IMG/VR virus record: IMGVR_UViG_3300018080_000149 | Location: 23,401-87,400 of that record | DNA from: a virus | Length of the DNA stretch: 64,000 nt | Strand: one strand, 5' to 3' | Shown: positions 9,736-19,008 of the stretch, in pieces | Layout: each line of letters opens with the position of its first letter | How positions within the stretch are numbered: the stretch's first letter is position 1 | Position numbers and translations under genes: made by a program | The notes under the pieces: model-generated | The model's database searches: none | The model's input: the letters and a program-made list of their open reading frames with translations, nothing else | Told to the model about the DNA's origin: nothing

Positions 9736-12700
9736 GTATAATACCTCGTGGAGGCGCATCAACCGCGCCCAAGATGTGCGTTTGTGTAGAGAAAGCGAAC
9801 TTAGGTCGCCCGGCGGAGGTTACTACGTCGGGGTGTTTGTAGCTTGGTGACTCGGCAACTTTTTTCTGTTGACGAGTCTCGTCAGATGGTAGTGAGCCGC
9901 GATAGGCGCTTAGCGCTTCCCTGTATGCGTCTTGATAGCTGTCAAGGACCGCCTGTCTAGAACGTGGGATAGGCTTACCATCCGACTTCATCTTGTGCTG
10001 AGACTTTAGCTCCCTCACAAGGCGACTCCTGGCGTCAATGTAAGCCTGACGTACCTCTGATACATGTTCTGCTGTAGGCGGTATAGGTGTGTGAACAGCC
10101 TCACCGCCTTTCGGGGTATCGTACTTAGGCTTAGTCGGTATGCCCATACGCTTATAGGCTGACCACTCACGCGCTATAGCTTTCGCTGTCACTGGGTCAA
10201 TCGGCTTGACCTCGTTAGCACTTGGTTTATCCACGCTAACGGCGACGGCTCCTGTTCGAGCCTTCTTGGTCTTCGCCGGAGGACGAGCGCGACCTATACT
10301 AGTCGGCGGTTTGTCGTAACCAGCAACACGAGCTTGGTGAGACATTGATTGCGGAGGGGCCTCTGGAGGAATCTCCGACGGCGGTTTGAGAGTAACGGAC
10401 TCAGCCACATCACCATGGTAGTACCCATGATGTTCTTGCGGTATATGAATCGCCTCTGGCTTACCCTGAAGGGACGGTGGAACTGGCGGTTGTTTGGGCG
10501 CTGTGACCTTTACAACCTGCTCCTTGGGTGTTTTGTAAACAACAGTCTGCGACCCGTCTTTGTGGTCGACAACCTGAGGCTGACTCACCCTCGGCCTTCC
10601 AGTTTTCGGCAGAACTCTCGAAACCTCCTCGTAGTGTTCCTCGTATGTCTTACCTGAGTTTGAAGCAGTCTGACCACGGTACCTAGCCCCCCTCGCCGTA
10701 ACCCTGCCCTTTTTCTTCCGGGTGACAGTGTATATGTCATCCCGAAGAACGGGCTCTTTCGTCTTACTGTCGCGGATTACTTTGCCGTTTTCATCCCTGG
10801 CGTAAGCCTGAGAGACTGACGTCAAAGCGTGGAGGACATTACGAACTTCCGACCGTCTACTTGCTACACGGTCGGAGTTACGCGCCATGTTGTCGTGTAT
10901 AGCGCGTATGACGGAAAGGACTTGGTCAGTAGATATGAAACGAAGGAACGGATGGTGCATCTCAGCGCTGGCTATTATCTCAGGGTGGCCGGAAGGGTCT
11001 AGAGCTGATGACGGGTCTTTGGCCCCCATCGCCTGCTTGAAAGCCTGGTCAGCTTCATACATTATGATAGAGTGACTGTCAAACACAGCGTCAGTAGAGA
11101 TGTTGATATCGGCCAAAAACCGTGCGTACTCTTCGCCAAACCTAGACCCGTGAATGAGCCCATCCAATAGCGCCGAGTGAACCTTGACTGCGTCATACGA
11201 CCTAGCTTCTAGAACAGCGAGCTTGCCCTGTAGGGACTTCAGCTTCCGCTTGTTCTTAGTCTTGGAGATCTCGTCTTTGAGCGCGGCGATCTTATTCAGA
11301 TCAGCTTTGTCTTGCCCATACGAGCGGTTCATCCACTTCTCTAGCTCGTCAGCGCGGGGGTCCTTGCCAGCCTTTAGCTTCTCACTCCACCTGTCAAGAG
11401 AGCGTCGCAATTTCTTATTGAAGATAGGGAGATCGACCTCACGAGACCTCGCAACCGTACCACGAGGTTCTCTTTGGTGTTCTGTAATACCATGGCGGAA
11501 CTCCCTGAGACGCTGATTGAAAGCCTTTCGTGTGCGATCTTTCCAGTCAAGAAAGGCAATGACCTCCTTGTACCTGACCTTGGCTTCCGCCAGTGCCTTC
11601 TTGGCGTTTTTCTTCTTCTCGCCCTTTGTAACCTTGACGCGCTCCTTCAGCTTTTTGACGCGCTCTGCCCGAGACTTAGCCTCAGTCCGAGTGAAGTCCT
11701 GTTTGCGGGTGACATACCGAATCTCACCCGAGGGTTCGATTTCTTCGTCTACCACATACTTACTCTGACCAAGTGGCGGGCCGCTAATGAACAGCTCAGG
11801 AGCATCCTCTTTGAGGTCTTTGACAAGCTGGAGTGTCGGTTTGTCCTTATCGAAGTAACCTCGTGTCCTCACCAGGTCCTTCATGCGCCTGACGTCTTCT
11901 AGCGCCGCCTCAACCATGTCGTCTGTCAAGACGGAGTACATGGGTATCGTCTTTCCTCGTTTGCCGTCCTCGTCAACCAAGGTCGCGTCGTGAACCAAGG
12001 GCTGGCGCTCACCCGGTTGTTGTTTAGGCAACCCGGGGGGGAAGATGAACTCGGTCTTAGTACGCTCCAGAACCTTAGTACCGTCCTTAGCCACTCTGGT
12101 ACGTAGTCCATGTTTGCTTGGGGAGATCCTCTCCTCGTACTCGGCGCTGGTTCCAGGGTGGCGCGTTACAGTGACCTCAGCCGGAAGTTCGCCTGTCTCA
12201 AAAAAGACACGCGCCGCCTTGCGTAGGTCTGGATTGTCTAAGACCTCAGGTTTGAACACACTAGTTGTTCTACCGTACTTAGGCTCCGCTAGCTCTCGCC
12301 GCAAAGCTATGTGAAGCGCGGCGTCATAGTCAGCGCTCTTACCGATCCGCGACACGATGTCTTTGCTAAGGTATCGCGCCAGTAGCTTCCTGTTGGGGTT
12401 CCCCTCGGCGTCAACAGGGACACCAGGGAAGTTCAACATGCCCTCTGTGGCCATACTGGCTGGAGCCGCGTCTGGGTAGAACACCTCTGGGTTTGAGGAG
12501 CTGTAAGCTTCAGCGGCGGCTTTGCGTTCTTTCTTCAGCTTACGCTTCTTATTCTCCGCTGTGATCCGATGACGATCAATAGCCGACTCTTTCGCGCCTT
12601 CCTCTCGCATTCGGAGGATAGCGTTACCGACGGACATCTCGAACGGTGTGGTAGTAGAGCCCAGCTTCAGCTTACTACCAGACCAAGCTTCGATAGCTGC

Positions 12701-15370
12701 CTTAGCTCCAGGGTTGTCCTTGAGGTACTTGGATGTGATCTTTATCGGATCAACCAAGCCCTTCAGCCTTGACAGCTCTCTGCGACGCTCCTCGACCCTG
12801 TCATGTTCGTCATGGTAGTCTTGGTATGGGTCTATCGGGAGCCCCCGGAAGTACAACATATCAAGTATGCGAGCGTCCTCAGCGGTCAACACATACTGTT
12901 CACCGGGCCTCTGTCTTGACAGAGCCTCGAACAGCTCGCGACGAATATGTGCCGCTACTTCTAGCTTTTCTAGCTGGAGCGGTGACACAACAGAGCCGCC
13001 AGCGAACGTTGAATAAGCCCTATTGTTTGGCACAAGCTGGTCGAGGACAATAAGCTTACCGCTTTTATCCTCTTCGTACTTGACAGAGTCGGGCTCAACA
13101 CGAGGAACCTCTGAGCCGTTCTTGCGGCGATAGACACCATGGCGATCACGATAGAAGTCCAAGCGTGATAACTCGGACTTGTCTATACGTACGGCATCAC
13201 CTTCAGCGTCTCTAAGGGGCTCTCGCTTGAACGTACCGTCCCTATTACGAACCCACTCTTCGCGCAGGATAAGAGGCCCCTTAGGGTCATCCTTGATCTC
13301 ACCTGTCCAGTGGTCTCGAAAGCCGCGCCTGATGTTCTTCTTTGCATCTCTTTCGTAGGTACGAACGCGAACAGCGGACGCCCCAACTTGACCCATGGTC
13401 TTTGGACCGCCACGATATTGCAGGTTGTACCACTGTCTAGCGTCCGAGTACAACTTACCAACAGGCATTCGCCTTGTCTGATCGGCGGAGTCTTCCTCGT
13501 CGCCTGATTGTGACTCGTCGAATAGCTCTAGCTCCAAGCCTTTTGTAAGTTGCTCCTTGATCCACGCCATGACAGCGTTCGGGTCTTTCTCCCGGATGGA
13601 GGCGGGGACATACTCTAGGAATTGCCCCTCCATCGTCTTCGCTGTTTCCATCATGTCAGCGAGAGATGGCTCCTCGAATACTCCGCGTGCCGCTAGCCGT
13701 CGCTGTGTATCGGCCATCAACAAAGCTAGCTTCTTGAAGACCCCATACGAACCTGACGTGTACTGTCGAATTGTTAGACTTGCAAGCTTATCGTCACCCT
13801 CGTTCTCACCCTTGATATTGAGAGCCTCTAACTCTGCAAAGTCGGAAGCCCTATTAGTTACGTGGTTCATTAGGGCGAGTACAGGGTCGACACTGTAGTC
13901 TTTGTAGCGTTTCCTGCCAAGGTCTGGTCCGTAGGACACTAGCGCGTCCATCATACCAGTCATGGCCGCTCCCATGACACGCTCGAAGTCATGCTGCGTA
14001 ACACCTTGTATCTTGAGCGTCGTTCTAACGATGGGAACGATTGTATCCATAAAGCCACCAAGCCAAACCTTCTTTGCAAGGGTTGACCTGATGTCACCTT
14101 CTGGTAGAGATACAGCCGAGGGTATCGCGTTACCGTCACTGTCAAAGACAGCCATGCGAGCGCCCATCAACTCGGAGACAAGGGTGTCATACTCGACGGC
14201 TGTCAAGTAGCGCTTACCGCCAGGCCCCATCTTACCCATGAGGCTTTTGTCTGCCTTGTTGACTACACGCTTCCGCTGGCCCTTCGGCTGAATAGTAGTC
14301 CTGTGTACAGGAACTAGAAGCTCACCTGCTGCGACCTTACGCGACAAGGAGAACGCCTCACCACGGGCGGTCTCGGGTAGCGTCGGCTCCGACTTAGGCT
14401 CATCTGAAAACGGATGCTCTGTGACGTCCACAAGAGCGCCGTATGTTGACGGGTACATATCCGCCAACGTGTTCTTCATGTGCCAAGTTATGATACGCCT
14501 GATAGCGCGTCGTGTCGCTTCCCAGCGAGCCGTGTGATCGTCCTTCGATTCGTTGGGTCCAGGATTGGAAGACTGCTGGTCCTTCAAAAAGCCGAACATC
14601 TTGTTCCGCTCGGAAGCGAACTTAGCGTCTTCCTCAATGCGCCTGTTTATGATCTTTCTCAGATCATCGTCAGAAACATCTTCGCTGGGTAGTGACTGTA
14701 CGAGTTTCTCAACACGCCGGTTCAGCTTTGCGATAACAGCGGGGCTTACCGTAAGCCCGAGGCCATCAACGTCTTCAGAGCTGATCTTCGGTTTTAGCCT
14801 GCGCTTTTTCTTACCGCCGCCAATATCTTCCAGGACCTCTTCATAATGCTCCTCGATGGAGCGAATAGCGTCCTTCAGGTCAGACGCTTGTCCTTTCAGC
14901 TTGTCGAGGTTCTTAGTCGGCTTACCTACTTGCTTGGCTACTACGTTCTCCTCGGCGATCTCCTTCTGTACAGCTTGGAGGTCTTTTCTGACACGCGCCA
15001 AATCATGAGGCGCGTGACCGAGGTTAGCTAGCAAAGTCTCAGCGTGTATTCTAGCGTCGAGTCGTCGCTGTTCATTCGGGTTTAGGAACTTGTCTAAGTC
15101 CCCCTCACGGATGTAAACGATTGCGGGATATGACCGCTCATTCTCACCGCGCCCTACGATATGTAGCTTGTCTTTATCGTGGTCAGGACCGACGTACTCT
15201 AGCTCGTGCGGGTCAACCTCACCGGGTTTCTTGTACACCAGCTTGGTATGAGCCCGTACCTTTCCACTGCCAGACACGAACACGCGAACAGGAATCAATC
15301 CTGGGCGTGGTGGTCCTTTTCTGGCCTTCATAAGAGTGGGCTCACTCATCCGAAAGCAGTATACCTTCAC
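9716..15370 (-). CDS. Giant (1884 aa) basic head-cargo protein with a sigma-70-like region
   Basis: Long uninterrupted ORF in the head module. N-terminal LMKA plus a basic hairpin motif. Internal segments resemble sigma regions 2, 3 and 4.1. Confidence 0.7.
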   Translation of the reverse strand: MKVYCFRMSEPTLMKARKGPPRPGLIPVRVFVSGSGKVRAHTKLVYKKPGEVDPHELEYVGPDHDKDKLHIVGRGENERSYPAIVYIREGDLDKFLNPNEQRRLDARIHAETLLANLGHAPHDLARVRKDLQAVQKEIAEENVVAKQVGKPTKNLDKLKGQASDLKDAIRSIEEHYEEVLEDIGGGKKKRRLKPKISSEDVDGLGLTVSPAVIAKLNRRVEKLVQSLPSEDVSDDDLRKIINRRIEEDAKFASERNKMFGFLKDQQSSNPGPNESKDDHTARWEATRRAIRRIITWHMKNTLADMYPSTYGALVDVTEHPFSDEPKSEPTLPETARGEAFSLSRKVAAGELLVPVHRTTIQPKGQRKRVVNKADKSLMGKMGPGGKRYLTAVEYDTLVSELMGARMAVFDSDGNAIPSAVSLPEGDIRSTLAKKVWLGGFMDTIVPIVRTTLKIQGVTQHDFERVMGAAMTGMMDALVSYGPDLGRKRYKDYSVDPVLALMNHVTNRASDFAELEALNIKGENEGDDKLASLTIRQYTSGSYGVFKKLALLMADTQRRLAARGVFEEPSLADMMETAKTMEGQFLEYVPASIREKDPNAVMAWIKEQLTKGLELELFDESQSGDEEDSADQTRRMPVGKLYSDARQWYNLQYRGGPKTMGQVGASAVRVRTYERDAKKNIRRGFRDHWTGEIKDDPKGPLILREEWVRNRDGTFKREPLRDAEGDAVRIDKSELSRLDFYRDRHGVYRRKNGSEVPRVEPDSVKYEEDKSGKLIVLDQLVPNNRAYSTFAGGSVVSPLQLEKLEVAAHIRRELFEALSRQRPGEQYVLTAEDARILDMLYFRGLPIDPYQDYHDEHDRVEERRRELSRLKGLVDPIKITSKYLKDNPGAKAAIEAWSGSKLKLGSTTTPFEMSVGNAILRMREEGAKESAIDRHRITAENKKRKLKKERKAAAEAYSSSNPEVFYPDAAPASMATEGMLNFPGVPVDAEGNPNRKLLARYLSKDIVSRIGKSADYDAALHIALRRELAEPKYGRTTSVFKPEVLDNPDLRKAARVFFETGELPAEVTVTRHPGTSAEYEERISPSKHGLRTRVAKDGTKVLERTKTEFIFPPGLPKQQPGERQPLVHDATLVDEDGKRGKTIPMYSVLTDDMVEAALEDVRRMKDLVRTRGYFDKDKPTLQLVKDLKEDAPELFISGPPLGQSKYVVDEEIEPSGEIRYVTRKQDFTRTEAKSRAERVKKLKERVKVTKGEKKKNAKKALAEAKVRYKEVIAFLDWKDRTRKAFNQRLREFRHGITEHQREPRGTVARSREVDLPIFNKKLRRSLDRWSEKLKAGKDPRADELEKWMNRSYGQDKADLNKIAALKDEISKTKNKRKLKSLQGKLAVLEARSYDAVKVHSALLDGLIHGSRFGEEYARFLADINISTDAVFDSHSIIMYEADQAFKQAMGAKDPSSALDPSGHPEIIASAEMHHPFLRFISTDQVLSVIRAIHDNMARNSDRVASRRSEVRNVLHALTSVSQAYARDENGKVIRDSKTKEPVLRDDIYTVTRKKKGRVTARGARYRGQTASNSGKTYEEHYEEVSRVLPKTGRPRVSQPQVVDHKDGSQTVVYKTPKEQVVKVTAPKQPPVPPSLQGKPEAIHIPQEHHGYYHGDVAESVTLKPPSEIPPEAPPQSMSHQARVAGYDKPPTSIGRARPPAKTKKARTGAVAVSVDKPSANEVKPIDPVTAKAIAREWSAYKRMGIPTKPKYDTPKGGEAVHTPIPPTAEHVSEVRQAYIDARSRLVRELKSQHKMKSDGKPIPRSRQAVLDSYQDAYREALSAYRGSLPSDETRQQKKVAESPSYKHPDVVTSAGRPKFAFSTQTHILGAVDAPPRGIIHVFRTL

Positions 15371-15373
15371 ACC

Positions 15374-16294
15374 CTACTCCATCTTGACCCCTAACCCGCT
15401 CAACGGGTCATAGGTCACACGAGCTTTCTGCCCATACGGTATGATCGTATTTAGATCACCTAGATGCCCAAAGTCGACACCGCTTACCATCTGAAGGTCT
15501 GGGAACACAGCTTTGTAGTCATACAGTACATCAGACGCAAATGGTACGGAGCCGACAGCGAGGATACCATCGCTAATTGCCAGAGCCTCAACAACCTCAG
15601 TAAGAGCCGTAAGGTCCTCATACAGTGCGAGAGTACCGACAGCGTTGTTTGGATACGCGTCGTCAAACATAAGTACGCTGGGGTCTCTTTGGAGACGATC
15701 AACTAGCGCCTGTTTGACTCTGCGACTTGTTTGACGTAATGTACCTGGACAAACCGGGACAAGTTTGTACGTCTTAGGCTGTGGACGACCAAATCCGTTG
15801 ACAATCTCTGCGGAATGGAAAGTTACGTTAGAGTTGGGAACAGTAGCCTGAGTCAACAAGCCATACATGTCTCTCAACCCCTCAGCGTCCATTGCGCCAA
15901 AGTCTACAACGTTTGGCCCATGGTAACAGTTTCTATAGCCCCACAGCCAAGCCATAAGTGGGTACACGGATGCGTCGGAGAAACCCATCACCATTGGGTG
16001 GTCTAGTCTGCCGCCTCTTGTAATGAGCGTATCTCCACTGAAGTACCTTGTAGTTCTGGCAGCGCCCGTACCGCCATCAGCGAAGAGGATAACATCGTCC
16101 CCGTCACTTCGTTTGAGGATACTAAGGAACATACTGAAGAGTTCGTGCGGTCGGCCATCAAGCCAACGATGTTGGCTATCCACCTGGGAAACCTCCACAG
16201 GCTCCCCCTCTTCACACGAAAGCTGCACCGCCCTTAGCCCTCTACGGAACTTCCCAACATCAGGTCGTATGCTACCTGATATGATGTAGATCAT
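15374..16294 (-). CDS. S66-family (LdcA/MccF-like) serine peptidase
   Basis: ADGGTG (cf. RGGYG), GFSDAS (catalytic Ser), YHGP and DFGH...NTIIPYG (catalytic His). Confidence 0.75.
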   Translation of the reverse strand: MIYIISGSIRPDVGKFRRGLRAVQLSCEEGEPVEVSQVDSQHRWLDGRPHELFSMFLSILKRSDGDDVILFADGGTGAARTTRYFSGDTLITRGGRLDHPMVMGFSDASVYPLMAWLWGYRNCYHGPNVVDFGAMDAEGLRDMYGLLTQATVPNSNVTFHSAEIVNGFGRPQPKTYKLVPVCPGTLRQTSRRVKQALVDRLQRDPSVLMFDDAYPNNAVGTLALYEDLTALTEVVEALAISDGILAVGSVPFASDVLYDYKAVFPDLQMVSGVDFGHLGDLNTIIPYGQKARVTYDPLSGLGVKME

Positions 16295-16314
16295 TCGGCC
16301 CCTCCCTGATTACC

Positions 16315-17532
16315 CTAGTTCATTATCACGGCTGGTTTCTTGCGTTTCTTACGATCTACCTTTGACTTGGACTGTTCCTTGTCCCGCTTCTCTTGTAGCT
16401 TCGCCAGTCGGCCCTCAGCGCTTTGCGCTTTCTTTTCCGCCGACTTCGCCCGCTTCTTAGCGGCTTCATGTCTAGCTTTGTGTTTCTTCGCGACAGAATT
16501 ATGCTTATCTGTCAGCGTGGCGTAGCGTTCCCGCTTCGCCTTGGCGCGTTCATGAGCCACCTCGTACCCTTTGGCTTTCGCCTTACCCTCAACGGTAGAA
16601 ACGTCCTGGGTCATCTGACCGCCACGCTCCATCTCAGCGCCAGCCGCCAAACTGCCTGTGGCCATTTGACCCATACTAGCAGCGGCTCGCTCCGTACCGG
16701 ATGTGACGTGTCGTAGACCAACCAGCAGAACAGAAGTGGCCTTGAAGCCGTGAGCTACGAGCCCGTTGACTCGGAACCGCCTACCGTCCTTGTGGCGCTC
16801 TACCTCGTGCCCTTCGACCGTTCCCTTAGTCCCCGGTTTCAACTTACGAAGACCACCAACGATCTTGTTGAGCGTCTTTTTATACGCCTCACTGGCTTTG
16901 ACTTGCTGTACCTTCTCTTTGACCTTTTCAACCCCAGCCTTGATGTCCTTCTCAGCATCGCCGACAGTGTACTTGGTTGTACGCTTGATGCCTTCTTTGA
17001 CCCTCTCGCCAAGGGGCTTTTTCTGTTCTTCTTTTTCCTTGCGACCAACAAGACGCTCCTGGTAGAATGTCTTACCGCCGCGTGTGACCTTGACCTTTTC
17101 ACGGTGCTTACCCAATTGTTGAGTGGCCATAGTAGCCCCATCAGGACCCTTCACAAATACATGAGCTTTACGACCAGTAATGAGCAAGTCAGACCGCGAA
17201 AGCTGTTCACCCTTCCTCACTACTTTCTCCGTTGACCATGTACACAAACAGTTAGGGTGCGGAAGTGGATACCGCCAACCGATAACTGTTTTGAGTCTCT
17301 GACGACGACCATCATGTTTTTGACACAGTGGGCAACAATTAGGATTGGCGTGAAACACAGCGTGAGTGTGGCCCAGTAAAGCCCCGTTATACAGGATACT
17401 ACGAATGATCGGATTGCGATCACGTATCACCGAAGGAGCCCAGTCTTTAGGGTCTTTTGTTTTCCCTATGCCGGGACGCCAGCCCTTCGGCCACTTGTGT
17501 TTGAAGGGCTTTCGCGAACGCTTTTTAGGCAT
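16315..17532 (-). CDS. MuF-like minor head protein fused to a basic cargo region
   Basis: CCPLC...YPLPHPNCLC is the MuF metal-binding signature. The C-terminal two-thirds is Lys-rich. Confidence 0.65.
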   Translation of the reverse strand: MPKKRSRKPFKHKWPKGWRPGIGKTKDPKDWAPSVIRDRNPIIRSILYNGALLGHTHAVFHANPNCCPLCQKHDGRRQRLKTVIGWRYPLPHPNCLCTWSTEKVVRKGEQLSRSDLLITGRKAHVFVKGPDGATMATQQLGKHREKVKVTRGGKTFYQERLVGRKEKEEQKKPLGERVKEGIKRTTKYTVGDAEKDIKAGVEKVKEKVQQVKASEAYKKTLNKIVGGLRKLKPGTKGTVEGHEVERHKDGRRFRVNGLVAHGFKATSVLLVGLRHVTSGTERAAASMGQMATGSLAAGAEMERGGQMTQDVSTVEGKAKAKGYEVAHERAKAKRERYATLTDKHNSVAKKHKARHEAAKKRAKSAEKKAQSAEGRLAKLQEKRDKEQSKSKVDRKKRKKPAVIMN

Positions 17533-17548
17533 CCCCGTTACATCCTTT

Positions 17549-17575
17549 CCTATCCCTGAGGAACCCCCTCACGAA
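17549..17575 (-). promoter_or_regulatory. Bipartite phage promoter motif (TTCGTGAG-N10-AGGGATAGG)
   Basis: Same two boxes and 10-nt spacer as the copies at 37221, 52245, 56641 and 63388. Lies just upstream of the 17532 ATG. Confidence 0.65.
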
Positions 17576-17623
17576 AGAAATATCATATTTTTGCGATATT
17601 TCTTGTGGGTGATCTGACGAAGA

Positions 17624-18328
17624 TCACTTTTTCAGGGCGCGTTCCCGGAGTTGACACTCGAAACAGACCCCACACGGGGGCCAGAGGTCGCAACTATTTG
17701 TGGCTTCTATGTCCACCCCTAGCTCTCTGGCTAGGCCCATGACCTCTTCCTTGTAGAGAGTTGCCAGTGGAGGAAGGTCGAACAATGGGGCGTTTGGCCC
17801 CCACAGAACATCCCTCATCTCATTGAGCACGTTTAGGAACGATATTGACGTGTCCATCAGATCAGACGTCACACGTTCCAAAAGATCTTTTGGTTGCTTA
17901 TGGTGTCCTGTCCAAATCAGGTCGTAAAGCTCTGACGCGCCAAGGGCTCCCACAAGATTCCAGATCATCATATAAAGCCCAGGCACATACAGTTCCAGAA
18001 ACCTGTCGTCGCTGATACACATATCAGCCACGCCCTGCTTACGGCGCTTTACCTCCGCCTCATACAGAGCTTTATTGAACAGGTAGTATCTATCCCGTAT
18101 CTGCGAAGGTACTTCAGCCCGGAGGGCGAAGAACTCACAACCAAGGTTCGTCTTCAGGTGACGAACCACCACCTCTGCCTTGTGAGCGTGTACCGTACCA
18201 GTGTCGACATAGACCAAGCCGACGTTGTCATGGCCGTAGTCCCTTACGGCCAGGTGAGCGGCTACTGCTGAGTCTAGGCCGCCACTGACCGTCACGAGGA
18301 CCCTAATCCGGCCCTTCTGTTTCGTCAT
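17624..18328 (-). CDS. Divergent QueC-family ATP pyrophosphatase (second paralogue)
   Basis: SGGLDS PP-loop and C-terminal SC...CGVCFEC zinc motif. Lacks the canonical YGQ, VPxRN and YPDC motifs. Confidence 0.8.
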   Translation of the reverse strand: MTKQKGRIRVLVTVSGGLDSAVAAHLAVRDYGHDNVGLVYVDTGTVHAHKAEVVVRHLKTNLGCEFFALRAEVPSQIRDRYYLFNKALYEAEVKRRKQGVADMCISDDRFLELYVPGLYMMIWNLVGALGASELYDLIWTGHHKQPKDLLERVTSDLMDTSISFLNVLNEMRDVLWGPNAPLFDLPPLATLYKEEVMGLARELGVDIEATNSCDLWPPCGVCFECQLRERALKK

Positions 18329-19008
18329 AGGTCAAGACCCTTTCTCTGCATACAGGAGCCACACTTACCACACGGTGACAGTTGGTCACGACCCATGGTG
18401 TCCTTCGTCACCGTAGGAAAGAAGCAACCCCATGTGTGTTCCAGCGGGACACCTAGCTCTTTGGCCTCCGCTACGATCTCATCCTTCAGATGTTTGATGA
18501 GCGGTGCCCTAAACTTCGGCTTGACAGCGTCACGGGCCAGTCCAGTATTCTCCCACTCGAACAGGGTTGAAACTATTGCAACCCAGTGAGGTGTACAGTC
18601 TGGATACGGTAGCTCCCCATCCTCATGTACAGAGGAGTTGATGCCGATGACAACAATCTCCGCCCCGAGAGAAACGGCCTGACCATACGCCGTCATGGCG
18701 AACAGTGTGTTGCGCCCAGGAACCAGGAGCGGTGTCATACCCTCGGCGTACTCCACAGCGTCACCACCGCATACGTAGTGGCTACCAGCGTTATGCTGGA
18801 CTGTGACACGCCCACAGTAATGACCAGGAAAGTCCAGACGCTTCACGGCGTGTGTCAGATTGTGAATGGCCTGCAAGTCGCCCATAAGGCTCTGCTGGCC
18901 GTAGTCGAAGTACAGCGCGTGTACGTCGTATCCATCTCTCAGGCACCGATACAGACAGACTGTGGAGTCGATCCCACCGCTCCATAGTACGATTGCTTTC
19001 TTAGCCAT
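18325..19008 (-). CDS. queC: 7-cyano-7-deazaguanine synthase
   Basis: SGGIDS, DYGQ, VPGRN, YPDC and C...CGKCGSC are all present. Start MAKKA follows AGGAGGAG. Confidence 0.92.
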   Translation of the reverse strand: MAKKAIVLWSGGIDSTVCLYRCLRDGYDVHALYFDYGQQSLMGDLQAIHNLTHAVKRLDFPGHYCGRVTVQHNAGSHYVCGGDAVEYAEGMTPLLVPGRNTLFAMTAYGQAVSLGAEIVVIGINSSVHEDGELPYPDCTPHWVAIVSTLFEWENTGLARDAVKPKFRAPLIKHLKDEIVAEAKELGVPLEHTWGCFFPTVTKDTMGRDQLSPCGKCGSCMQRKGLDL

